DNA of 64,000 nt from an uncultured Bacteroidaceae bacterium (GCA_964563105.1 CAZLXM010000001.1:61622-125621), one strand, 5' to 3'; positions 42,834 through 51,731 are shown, counted from the stretch's first letter. The notes: a model not told the origin generated them from the sequence alone. Numbers and translations: made by a program.

Positions 42834-44906
42834 ATGCCACGATGGCAATTCATATATCTGATAATTATAACTCTTTTCAATTTCGTTGTTTTCGCTGATT
42901 TGAGCGGACAAGTTTCTTACGGCGGGGATCCATTACCTTACGATAAAAAGAAAACCGGAATAGACATACGTAAAATGCCATTATTTGATTATAACTGGGT
43001 TTTAGAAGAAATATCTTTTGAAAAAGCCTACGATGGCAAAAAACCATTACCTGTTGGCTGGAATTATTCTGTAGACTTTAATCCTGATAATTCCGGAAAA
43101 TGGGAATATATAACTGATAGTCTTAAAGTTTGGAGATTGGAAATTTATTCGGAAAATGCTTATGCAATATCCGTCTTTTTTAATAAATTTTTGCTGAATA
43201 AGGGTGTCCGGCTTTTCCTTTATGATCCTGAACAAAATGAAATTAAAGGTAGTTTCGATCATAGAAGTAATAAACCATCAGGAAATTTTCCTGTTTCTTC
43301 CATCGAGGGGGAAAGAATTATTATTGAACTACAAATCCCTGATTCATTGCCTGATTTTGGACAATTGAATATTGGCTCAGTTACTCATTTTTATATTGAT
43401 TTGTATAAACACGGGACAAAAAAAGACAGCAGGTTCAGAACATCTGAATCATGCAATGTTGATATCAATTGTCATGCCGGAGATAACTGGCAGGAGATAA
43501 AACGTTCAGTATGCAGGATTATTTTCTCTTCAGGCTCAAATTCTGTCCTTTGTTCCGGAGCACTAATTAATAATACATCCGGTGATGGAATTCCTTACCT
43601 GCTAACTGCCAACCATTGTATAGAAAAAACATCTGAGGCAAATTCTGCAATTTTTTATTTTGGATATGAATCTCCTGAGTGCAATGGTTCGGACGGGCCT
43701 TCAAATAAAACAATCGCCGGATCAGAAATTAAAGCAACTTCAGATAGTTTGGATTTCAGCCTTTTACTTTTATCCGAAGGTATTCCTGAAACCTATAATC
43801 CATATTTTGCCGGATGGACCACCTCTTCAACTCCTGCCCCGTCATCTGTTTGCATACATCATCCAAATGGAGATGTAAAAAAGATTTCAACAAATAATAA
43901 TCCTCTGACAAGTCAATACCAAAATGTTAATCCTCCGGGTTGGCTTTTTTCATCCACTCCGGGCGGTTTTTGGCGTGTTACTGAATGGGATCAGGGAGCG
44001 ACACAGGGTGGGTCTTCAGGTGCGCCATTATTAAATAATTTTGGGCTTATTGTTGGAAATCTTACAGGTGGAGATGCAAACTGCATTAATCCAAAAAATG
44101 ATTATTTTTCAAAGTTTCATCTCTGCTGGGATTATTATTCTCTGCCGGCAAAGCAATTGAAACCATGGCTGGATAAAGATGAAACCGGAAGGACAACTGT
44201 CCCGGGATATGATCCATTTTATGTCCCTGACACTGCATCAACTTTAATGGATTTGCTTACAAACCGCCCGGAACTTCAAACATTATCTGCTGCAATCCTG
44301 TCATCAGGATTATCTCAATCTCTTGAGAAAAATGGGCCCTATACTATTTTTGCACCAACTAATGAGGCTTTCAATAGTTTATTCCCCGGAGCAATGGATT
44401 TAATTCAATCAGACCCTGAAGGTAAACTTGCTTCTCTTATTAAAAATCATATTGTTAAAGATATTTACGAATCCTCATCCCTCTATAATGGATTAATACT
44501 TAATACACTTTCAAACATTGATATACCAATAAATATAAATAATTCACGAATTTTTTATGATTTTGCCTGCTTATTTGAATTTGATATTAAAGCTTCAAAT
44601 GGCGTTCTTCATCTGATAGATCAGGTGATTCTTCCCCTTAACCATAAAGAAGGTCCATTCATTATATTCCCAAATCCTGCAATTAATGAATTTTGGATCA
44701 TTACTCATATGGAAAGTATGAGAGGGGCCAGATTAAAGCTTTTTAATTTGTATGGTTCCCTTTTAGCAGAGTATGTTATTCAAAATGATAAACTGGAAAA
44801 AATTAACCTGACAGGATTCCCTTCAGGAATATATCTGATTGAAATATTTAATGAGCAAAAAATATTTAATAAAAAACTCATGCTCTCCAGACCCGATAAA
44901 AAATGA
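42834..44906 (+). CDS. Secreted S1 (trypsin/lysyl-endopeptidase-like) serine protease fused to a fasciclin (FAS1) domain and a T9SS C-terminal sorting domain
   Basis: 690 aa with a signal peptide. The candidate triad contexts are LLTANHC (His), LDFSLLLL (Asp) and QGGSSGAPL (Ser). FAS1 blocks are GPYTIFAPTNEAF and SNGVLHLIDQVILP. The Por-type tail reads IFPNPAINEFWI...GIYLIEI. Confidence 0.7.
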   Translation: MPRWQFIYLIIITLFNFVVFADLSGQVSYGGDPLPYDKKKTGIDIRKMPLFDYNWVLEEISFEKAYDGKKPLPVGWNYSVDFNPDNSGKWEYITDSLKVWRLEIYSENAYAISVFFNKFLLNKGVRLFLYDPEQNEIKGSFDHRSNKPSGNFPVSSIEGERIIIELQIPDSLPDFGQLNIGSVTHFYIDLYKHGTKKDSRFRTSESCNVDINCHAGDNWQEIKRSVCRIIFSSGSNSVLCSGALINNTSGDGIPYLLTANHCIEKTSEANSAIFYFGYESPECNGSDGPSNKTIAGSEIKATSDSLDFSLLLLSEGIPETYNPYFAGWTTSSTPAPSSVCIHHPNGDVKKISTNNNPLTSQYQNVNPPGWLFSSTPGGFWRVTEWDQGATQGGSSGAPLLNNFGLIVGNLTGGDANCINPKNDYFSKFHLCWDYYSLPAKQLKPWLDKDETGRTTVPGYDPFYVPDTASTLMDLLTNRPELQTLSAAILSSGLSQSLEKNGPYTIFAPTNEAFNSLFPGAMDLIQSDPEGKLASLIKNHIVKDIYESSSLYNGLILNTLSNIDIPININNSRIFYDFACLFEFDIKASNGVLHLIDQVILPLNHKEGPFIIFPNPAINEFWIITHMESMRGARLKLFNLYGSLLAEYVIQNDKLEKINLTGFPSGIYLIEIFNEQKIFNKKLMLSRPDKK

Positions 44907-46045
44907 AATTGCCGGTAATCCATATATTGTTTTCAATATTTCTTCTTTCGTGTGTAAGTAAAACAAATTCATTGAAATCTGTTAAAACCCTAACTAATAC
45001 TGAGTTTTCAACTACTTTCAGCATTTTAAAATCTGAAAATTTTTACCTTGTTGAAGTTTTTAAACCCTGGCAAAGAGCTGATAATGAGAATTATTCATAT
45101 TTACTGGCTAAACCTGAAATTCAAATTCCCGACAGTTTATTAAAAGTTAATTTTATTTCTATTCCGCTAAAATCTGTTATTTGTTTTTCCACAACTCATA
45201 TTGGTTACATTACAGCACTTGAAAAAACTGAAACAATAAAAGGTGTTTCAGGAAAAGATTATTTTTATAATAATACTCTTCGAAATAACTATAACAAAGG
45301 AGAGGTTTTTGATATTGGGTATCCTCCTTCACTTGATTATGAAACTATTATTAAAATCAAACCTGATCTTGTTTTTTTATACGGCCTTGAATCTTCTGTT
45401 GCAGGAATAGCTGACAGATTATATTCGGCCGGGATCCCGTCGATGCTGATAGCAGATTTTCTTGAAGATCATCCACTTGGAAAAGCTGAATGGATAAAGC
45501 TGTTTTCGTTGCTTTATGAATGTGAGGAAAAAGGAGATTCTATATTTAATGTAATAAGAAATAATTATCTGAATTTAAAACATCTGGCAGAAAAAGCACA
45601 GAAGAAACCCCTGGTATTAACGGGATTACCATGGAAAGACACTTGGTATATGGCGGGAGGACAATCGTTTACAGCAAAGTTCATTGAAGATGCCGGAGGG
45701 GATTATCTCTGGAAGACTAATGAGTCTGTTGATTATATACCACTTGCACTGGAATCAGTGTATATAAATTCATTAAAAGCTGATGTCTGGATAAATTGTG
45801 GTACAGCTACATCATTGAATGATTTGATAGCACGTGATGAAAGATTTAAACAGATTAAAGTTGTTCAACAGCAAAATGTATTTAATAATAATGCAAGGTC
45901 TAATGAAAGGGGAGGAAATGATTTTTGGGAATCAGGAGCATTAAGGGCTGATATGATACTAGATGATCTTATAAAAATATTTCATCCCGGAATAATGAAA
46001 AATAACGAATTGTTTTATTATAAACGTTTGCTTTATAATGATTAA
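44903..46045 (+). CDS. ABC transporter periplasmic substrate-binding lipoprotein (BtuF/FhuD/HmuT-type, metal-chelate class)
   Basis: 380 aa with the lipobox FLLSC. The Peripla_BP_2-like blocks are IKPDLVFLYG and ADVWINCG. Its start overlaps the upstream stop (ATGA). Confidence 0.75.
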   Translation: MKLPVIHILFSIFLLSCVSKTNSLKSVKTLTNTEFSTTFSILKSENFYLVEVFKPWQRADNENYSYLLAKPEIQIPDSLLKVNFISIPLKSVICFSTTHIGYITALEKTETIKGVSGKDYFYNNTLRNNYNKGEVFDIGYPPSLDYETIIKIKPDLVFLYGLESSVAGIADRLYSAGIPSMLIADFLEDHPLGKAEWIKLFSLLYECEEKGDSIFNVIRNNYLNLKHLAEKAQKKPLVLTGLPWKDTWYMAGGQSFTAKFIEDAGGDYLWKTNESVDYIPLALESVYINSLKADVWINCGTATSLNDLIARDERFKQIKVVQQQNVFNNNARSNERGGNDFWESGALRADMILDDLIKIFHPGIMKNNELFYYKRLLYND

Positions 46046-46195
46046 TATGATTTAAGATCATAATACCTCCCTATTTATTGTTAAAATTATCCCTGCTAAT
46101 ATATAATTTTATCATTGAGAAAAATATTTTAATTTTATAACATACCTTTATTGAACAGATTTCTTAAAAATTAATTATATCTAAAAAAATGATTT

Positions 46196-46459
46196 ATGGC
46201 AAGTAAAAGAAAACTAAAAAAAGATGTTAATTATTTCACATATGAACTTCTTACCCAATGTTTTACATTAAAACATTTCAATCCTGACATAAGTGGGGAA
46301 AAATTCAGTGAAGTAGTACATGAAATTGTTAAAAAAAGAAATGAACTCATTTCAATGATAAATAATCCAATTATTAAAGAGGGAGAGAAATTAAATAAAT
46401 ATTATAATAAGATTCGGAAGGAACTTGCAGAACTTGTTGCCATAGCTGAAAAAATTTAG
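46196..46459 (+). CDS. Small basic hypothetical protein inserted in the ABC operon
   Basis: This is an 87-aa ORF with a lysine-rich N-terminus (MASKRKLKKD) and predicted helical character. It has no recognisable motif and ends 7 nt before the permease start. Confidence 0.35.
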   Translation: MASKRKLKKDVNYFTYELLTQCFTLKHFNPDISGEKFSEVVHEIVKKRNELISMINNPIIKEGEKLNKYYNKIRKELAELVAIAEKI

Positions 46460-46466
46460 CGCCGGA

Positions 46467-47492
46467 ATGTTAATTAGAAACATTTTGCTTTTATCATTAT
46501 TGACCCTGATTCTGTTGTTTCTTCTAATAATAGATTTTTATGTAGGATCAGTATTTATTCCTTTTAGTAAACTGGTAAGGCTTATTTTTATTGAGAATGA
46601 TAATTCTCCGGAATGGATGGCATTGCATTATTTTCGTTTACCCCGGGTGGCTTCAGCACTGATAGCGGGTATTGCCTTGTCAGTCAGCGGACTGCAAATG
46701 CAGACCGTCTTCAGAAATCCGCTTGCAGGACCTTATGTTTTAGGCATCAGTTCAGGTGCCAGCCTGGGTGTGGCCCTGGTTGTGCTGGGATTTAGCTCAT
46801 ATTTTGGCGCAAATATATTTGATATTTCATCGGCCTGGTTATTAATTATTGCTGCATGGACAGGAGCTGCCGGCGTACTGCTTCTGATTCTTATTCTCTC
46901 ACTAAGGGCCAAAGACATAATTACAATCCTGATACTTGGTATTATGCTTGGAAGCGGTATCTCTGCTATTATCAGTATCCTTCAGTATTTTTCCGGTGAA
47001 TCGGCATTAAAAGCATTTGTTATATGGACAATGGGAAGCGTAAATAGCGTAACACCCGATCAGTTACCTGTTTTACTCGCAGGATTCATTCCGGGAATGC
47101 TTCTCTCACTGTTTATTATTAAACCTTCCGATGCCATGCTTTTAGGAGAAGACTATGCGAAAACAATGGGTGTAAATATTATCAGGTACAGAATAATTGT
47201 TTTTATCAGTACCAGCCTGCTAACCGGAACAGTGACCGCTTTCTGTGGCCCAATAGGGTTCATTGGAATAGCAATACCGCATATTTGCCGGATGATGTTT
47301 AACACATCAAAACATGCTATTCTTCTTGCAGGATGTTTTTTAACAGGTGCATCTGCTATGCTTTTAAGCGATATTATATCTCAGTTACCTGGATCACAAA
47401 CAATCCTTCCAATAAATGCGGTTACATCTTTGATTGGTATCCCTGTTATTATATGGATAATTACAGGAAAACAAAAATTTTTACATGAATAA
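46467..47492 (+). CDS. FecCD/BtuC-family ABC transporter permease
   Basis: 341 aa with about 9-10 hydrophobic helices. The blocks are LAGPYVLGISSGASLG and GPIGFIGIAIPHI. Confidence 0.9.
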   Translation: MLIRNILLLSLLTLILLFLLIIDFYVGSVFIPFSKLVRLIFIENDNSPEWMALHYFRLPRVASALIAGIALSVSGLQMQTVFRNPLAGPYVLGISSGASLGVALVVLGFSSYFGANIFDISSAWLLIIAAWTGAAGVLLLILILSLRAKDIITILILGIMLGSGISAIISILQYFSGESALKAFVIWTMGSVNSVTPDQLPVLLAGFIPGMLLSLFIIKPSDAMLLGEDYAKTMGVNIIRYRIIVFISTSLLTGTVTAFCGPIGFIGIAIPHICRMMFNTSKHAILLAGCFLTGASAMLLSDIISQLPGSQTILPINAVTSLIGIPVIIWIITGKQKFLHE

Positions 47493-48516
47493 GACAAATA
47501 ATATATTTACTTTCGAAAATGTGAGTTTTGGGTATCTGTCTGCTCAAAAGAAGGTTTCTTTGATTCAAAATTTTTCAGGGACCTTTGAACGTGGAGAATT
47601 TATTATTTTAATTGGCAGAAACGGAACAGGTAAAAGCACAATATTGAAGTCTCTGGTAAGGCTCCTTCCTTACCTTAATGGTAAAATTACTTTAAATGAA
47701 AAAGTGCTTGAAAATTATAGCATTACAGATTATGCAAAATTAGTTTCATTCGTTTCCACAAACTTGCCGGTTTCCGGCAGGATGACTGTATTTGAACTTA
47801 TATCACTTGGGAGGTTCCCTTATACTAACTGGTTAGGATTAATGAATAAAGAAGATCTGGACAAAGTTCACAAAGCAATTGATTCAACCAGACTTAATGA
47901 GTTGTTAAATAAACAAATATTCAGGATAAGCGACGGAGAACGACAGAGGGCAATGATTGCCAGAACTCTGGCCCAAGATACCCCGGTAATAGTCCTTGAT
48001 GAGCCAACCGCATTTCTTGACCTTCCAAATAAATATGAGCTTGCCGGCTTACTGTCAAAACTTTCATCCCTGGGAAAAACAGTGATTATGAGTACCCACG
48101 ATATAGAAATTGCATTGAGATTTCCGGATAAACTGTTAATAATACATGATAATAAAATATTTGATGGTTCGCCTGAAGATATGGTCATAAATGGAAATTT
48201 CAATGAAATTTTTCATTCGCCTGATTTAAATTTTAATCAATTAACGGGAGAAATAGAGTTGGCGGAAAAAAGGGCAAATAACATTTTTTTAGAAGCAAAT
48301 AACCCTGTCATTCTAAATTGGACTAAAAAAGCCTTAAAAAGGGCAGGATTTAATATATCTGAAGAAAAAGCAGAAGATGACCGTATCGTAGTGCAGAAGG
48401 GAAATAATGTCTGGATTTGGTCCTGTTATCAGAGAAATCAAAAGACTTCCTTCAAAAATATATATGATTTAATAAAATTCTTAAAAATTAATTCTTTAAT
48501 AAAATCGGATCTATAA
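47485..48516 (+). CDS. ABC transporter ATP-binding protein (FepC/BtuD-like) with about 90-aa C-terminal extension
   Basis: 343 aa. Walker A is GRNGTGKST, the signature is ISDGERQR and Walker B is VIVLDEPT. It overlaps the permease by 8 nt. Confidence 0.9.
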   Translation: MNKTNNIFTFENVSFGYLSAQKKVSLIQNFSGTFERGEFIILIGRNGTGKSTILKSLVRLLPYLNGKITLNEKVLENYSITDYAKLVSFVSTNLPVSGRMTVFELISLGRFPYTNWLGLMNKEDLDKVHKAIDSTRLNELLNKQIFRISDGERQRAMIARTLAQDTPVIVLDEPTAFLDLPNKYELAGLLSKLSSLGKTVIMSTHDIEIALRFPDKLLIIHDNKIFDGSPEDMVINGNFNEIFHSPDLNFNQLTGEIELAEKRANNIFLEANNPVILNWTKKALKRAGFNISEEKAEDDRIVVQKGNNVWIWSCYQRNQKTSFKNIYDLIKFLKINSLIKSDL

Positions 48517-48844
48517 AGAAATATTCAACAAACTTAAACTTATTTCCTGAATATCAATTTGTTATACTAACTGATTGTTAAATTAATCTTAAATATTATT
48601 AATTTTTATAATTTCATTACATTTTGGAACAAAATTTGATCATTTTTATATAGATCAGAATTTATTTCAGAGTATTATGTTTTTTGATAGAACTGAATAA
48701 GATTATTGATCCCTGAATATAGTTATTTGACGTGATTAAATGAGGAATTAGCCGAAGTTCTTATGATGCAGGGAAATGAGAATTAATGAAAATATTTATT
48801 TGTTTTATGAAACATTTTTATTAATTTAGCGTTATAATGAATAG

Positions 48845-48865
48845 AAATTGACCGGAAGTCAATTT
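48845..48865. promoter_or_regulatory. Perfect 8-bp inverted repeat (AAATTGAC-N5-GTCAATTT), possible operator or small hairpin
   Basis: The repeat is seen directly in the sequence. It ends 6 nt upstream of the sigma-54-like element. Confidence 0.3.
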
Positions 48866-48870
48866 TAATT

Positions 48871-48887
48871 TTGGCACGATATTTGAA
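48871..48887 (+). promoter_or_regulatory. Sigma-54 (RpoN)-type -24/-12 promoter candidate
   Basis: TTGGCACGATATTTGAA is compared with the consensus YTGGCACGrNNNTTGCW. The -24 half matches fully. The -12 half is TTGA instead of TTGC. The GG-N10-G spacing is correct. Confidence 0.35.
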
Positions 48888-48900
48888 ATATAAAATAATA

Positions 48901-48976
48901 GTTTTTCATAGTTAGTAGGTTTTTCATAGTTAGTTTTAGTTAGTTTTTTTTCATAGGTAGTTTTAGGGTTAGTTAG
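48901..48976 (+). repeat. Three tandem copies of TTTTTCATAG(T/G)TAGT with TAGTTAG-type extensions
   Basis: The copies are GTTTTTCATAGTTAGTAG, GTTTTTCATAGTTAGTTTTAGTTAG and TTTTTTTTCATAGGTAGTTTTAGGGTTAGTTAG, read directly from the sequence. Confidence 0.8.
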
Positions 48977-49014
48977 ACAAAAGTGTCATCAGAAATGGTG
49001 ACACTTTTGTTTTT
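48977..49014 (+). terminator. Rho-independent terminator
   Basis: ACAAAAGTGTCA (48977-48988) pairs perfectly with TGACACTTTTGT (48999-49010). The loop is 10 nt and is followed by TTTT. Confidence 0.65.
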
Positions 49015-49017
49015 ATG

Positions 49018-49025
49018 TATCTTTG
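49018..49025 (+). promoter_or_regulatory. Candidate -7 promoter element for argS (TATCTTTG)
   Basis: It matches TAnnTTTG, lies 25 nt upstream of the argS ATG and sits immediately after the terminator. Confidence 0.4.
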
Positions 49026-49050
49026 CAATTCAATTTTAAAAATAAAATGA

Positions 49051-50826
49051 ATGACAGATATTGAGAATGTTATTGCAGAGAAAGTGTCTGCTGCCATGAA
49101 AGACCTCTTTAATGCAGAATTAAAACCGAATTTTATAACAATTCAAAAAACACGTAAAGAATTTAAAGGCGATTTTACAATAGTCATATTTCCGCTTTTG
49201 AAATTCACCGGAAAAAATCTTCAGGAAACTGCTGTCAGCCTGGGAGAATATTTGAAACAGAATTTAAAGGAGATTGAATCTTATAATGTTATTAAAGGCT
49301 TTCTTAATATCGAACTTAGTCTTTTATTCTGGAATAACTTTCTTTACTTTGCTGCTAAAAGTAGCTTTTTTGATCTCCCAAAGACCAACAAACATATAAT
49401 GGTCGAATTTTCCTCCCCCAATACAAATAAACCGCTTCATCTGGGACATATTCGTAATATTCTTATTGGTTTTTCCATTTCAAGGATCTTTCAGGAAACA
49501 GGGAATAAGGTAAGTAAAGTTAATCTGGTTAATGACCGGGGTATCCATATTTGCAAATCAATGCTTGCCTGGCAAAAGTGGGGAAATGGTGAGACTCCTG
49601 AATCTTCCGGCAAAAAAGGGGATCATTTAGTAGGTGATTATTACGTTAAATTTGAAACTGAATATAAAAAAGAAATAAATGGGCTGATAAATTCTGGTAT
49701 GAGCAAAGCCCAGGCAGAGGAAAGTTCTCAATTAATACTTGAAGCACGTGAAATGCTGAGAAAATGGGAAAATAATGATTCCAATATAATCAACTTGTGG
49801 AAAATGATGAATTCCTGGGTTTATGATGGTTTCGATGAAACTTATGACCTGCTTGGAATTAATTTCGACAAAATTTATTATGAATCAGAAACTTTTCTTG
49901 AAGGCAGAAAGCTTGTTATGAAAGGGCTTGAAGATAGGAAACTATTTAAGAAAGAGGATGGGTCAGTTTGGATAGATTTAACAAACGATGGATTGGATCA
50001 TAAGCTTCTTATCCGTTCCGACGGAACTTCTGTTTATATGACACAGGATATAGGCACAGCTAATCAGCGATTTTCCGAAACAAATTTTGATAATCATATT
50101 TATGTTGTTGGAAATGAACAAAATTATCATTTCCAGGTACTTGTTCTTGTTTTAAAAAAACTTGGTTTCGATTGGGCTGATAAACTTTATCATCTTTCTT
50201 ATGGGATGGTTGAATTGCCTGATGGCAAAATGAAATCCAGGGAGGGAACTGTTGTGGATGCTGATGATATAATAGATGAAATGATTGATACTGCCCGCCA
50301 AATGGCCAATGAGCTGGGTAAACCCGATTATTATAATGAAGCTGATAAACGGAATGTTTATAAAAAAATCGGACTTGGTGCCCTTAAATATTTCATTTTA
50401 AAAGTTGACCCTAAAAAAAATATGGTCTTTAACCCAAAAGAATCTATTGATTTTAACGGAAATACGGGGCCTTTTATTCAGTATACATATGCAAGGATAC
50501 AATCAGTTATAAGAAAAGCCAAAACAACTGATTTTAGACCGGCAAAAGAAAATGATTTTAATGAAAAAGAAATAACCCTTTTAAAATTAATACACGAATA
50601 CTCATCTGTTATTTATGCTGCTGCCGATTCTTATAATCCATCTTTAATAGCCAATTATTTATACGATATCGCAAAGGAATATAATCAGTTTTATCATGAT
50701 TATTCAATCCTTCAGGCAGAGAATGAAAATATTAGAAATTATCGTCTTTTATTATCACAAATTTGCGGAAGTGTTATTTACAGAGGAATGTACCTCCTGG
50801 GAATAGAAGTGCCTGAACGAATGTAA
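49051..50826 (+). CDS. argS: Arginine--tRNA ligase
   Basis: 591 aa. The class I HIGH-type block is PNTNKPLHLGHIRN. The KMSKS-like block is GKMKSREG. The C-terminal DALR anticodon-binding region is present. Confidence 0.97.
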   Translation: MTDIENVIAEKVSAAMKDLFNAELKPNFITIQKTRKEFKGDFTIVIFPLLKFTGKNLQETAVSLGEYLKQNLKEIESYNVIKGFLNIELSLLFWNNFLYFAAKSSFFDLPKTNKHIMVEFSSPNTNKPLHLGHIRNILIGFSISRIFQETGNKVSKVNLVNDRGIHICKSMLAWQKWGNGETPESSGKKGDHLVGDYYVKFETEYKKEINGLINSGMSKAQAEESSQLILEAREMLRKWENNDSNIINLWKMMNSWVYDGFDETYDLLGINFDKIYYESETFLEGRKLVMKGLEDRKLFKKEDGSVWIDLTNDGLDHKLLIRSDGTSVYMTQDIGTANQRFSETNFDNHIYVVGNEQNYHFQVLVLVLKKLGFDWADKLYHLSYGMVELPDGKMKSREGTVVDADDIIDEMIDTARQMANELGKPDYYNEADKRNVYKKIGLGALKYFILKVDPKKNMVFNPKESIDFNGNTGPFIQYTYARIQSVIRKAKTTDFRPAKENDFNEKEITLLKLIHEYSSVIYAAADSYNPSLIANYLYDIAKEYNQFYHDYSILQAENENIRNYRLLLSQICGSVIYRGMYLLGIEVPERM

Positions 50827-50849
50827 AAGAATAAAATTTTAAACATCTT

Positions 50850-51731
50850 TTATTTATATATTTCTTTTTTTGCAGCTTTTAAAGTATTCTTTAAAAGGGA
50901 TACAATTGTCATTGGGCCGACACCTCCTGGTACAGGCGTAATATAACTGCATTTAGGGGCAACTTCATCAAATTTAACGTCTCCTTTTAGTTTAAATCCG
51001 GATTTAGTTAAACCGGATGGAACACGAGTTGTCCCTACATCAATCACAACCGCACCTTCTTTTACCATATCCCCTTTTACAAATTCAGGGATACCAATTG
51101 CGGCAATTAAAATATCGGCAGAAGCTGAAAGGGAAGCAAGATTACTTGTTCGACTGTGGCAAAGACTTACAGTGCAGTCACCTGGATATGTTTTTTGTCC
51201 CATTAAAATACTGACAGGTTTGCCCACAATATTACTTCTTCCAATAACAACACAATGTTTACCTCTTGTTTCAATTTTATAATACCTAATCAGATCAAGT
51301 ATTCCCGAAGGTGTTGCTGATAAATAACATGGCAGGCCAATGACCAGCCTTCCTAAATTAACAGGATGAAAACCATCAACATCTTTCAAATAATTGATGT
51401 TTTCTATCACTCTTTGTTCACTGATATGGGAAGGGAGAGGTAATTGGACTATAAATCCGTCAACATCATCATTATTATTGAATTCAATGACTTTTGCAAT
51501 TAATTCATCTTCTGTTATATTTTCATCAAAATGGGCGAGGGTGGAAGTGAAGCCTACTTCAGAACAAGCCTTTACTTTATTGTTAACATAGGTTAAACTT
51601 GCACCATCATTGCCAACCAGAATTGCGGCTAAATGAGGCTTTTTATAACCTGACAGGATCATTTCATTTACTTCTGCGGCTATTTCTTTTTTAATTTCAC
51701 TTGCAACAAGTTTTCCATCTATTAATTGCAT
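50850..51731 (-). CDS. folD: Bifunctional methylenetetrahydrofolate dehydrogenase/methenyl-THF cyclohydrolase
   Basis: 293 aa with the blocks [11 protein letters not shown] and [10 protein letters not shown]. Confidence 0.95.
   Translation of the reverse strand: MQLIDGKLVASEIKKEIAAEVNEMILSGYKKPHLAAILVGNDGASLTYVNNKVKACSEVGFTSTLAHFDENITEDELIAKVIEFNNNDDVDGFIVQLPLPSHISEQRVIENINYLKDVDGFHPVNLGRLVIGLPCYLSATPSGILDLIRYYKIETRGKHCVVIGRSNIVGKPVSILMGQKTYPGDCTVSLCHSRTSNLASLSASADILIAAIGIPEFVKGDMVKEGAVVIDVGTTRVPSGLTKSGFKLKGDVKFDEVAPKCSYITPVPGGVGPMTIVSLLKNTLKAAKKEIYK

Larger units (their letters stand above)
48897..49014 (+). ncRNA. Candidate small RNA (roughly 115 nt): repeat-rich body plus intrinsic terminator
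   Basis: It is bounded by the sigma-54-like promoter and a perfect 12-bp terminator stem. All plus-strand frames are closed by many TAG codons. It lies more than 380 nt downstream of the preceding gene's stop. Confidence 0.3.

Noticed and set aside
48901-48976. Minus-strand mini-ORFs created by the repeat (ATGAAAAA... giving MKKN-stop and MKNLLTMKNYYFIFQISCQN-stop).
   Set aside because: They are 4 and 20 codons long and have no promoter or terminator logic on that strand. The strong terminator and the sigma-54-like element are oriented for the plus strand. I treat them as by-products of the repeat.
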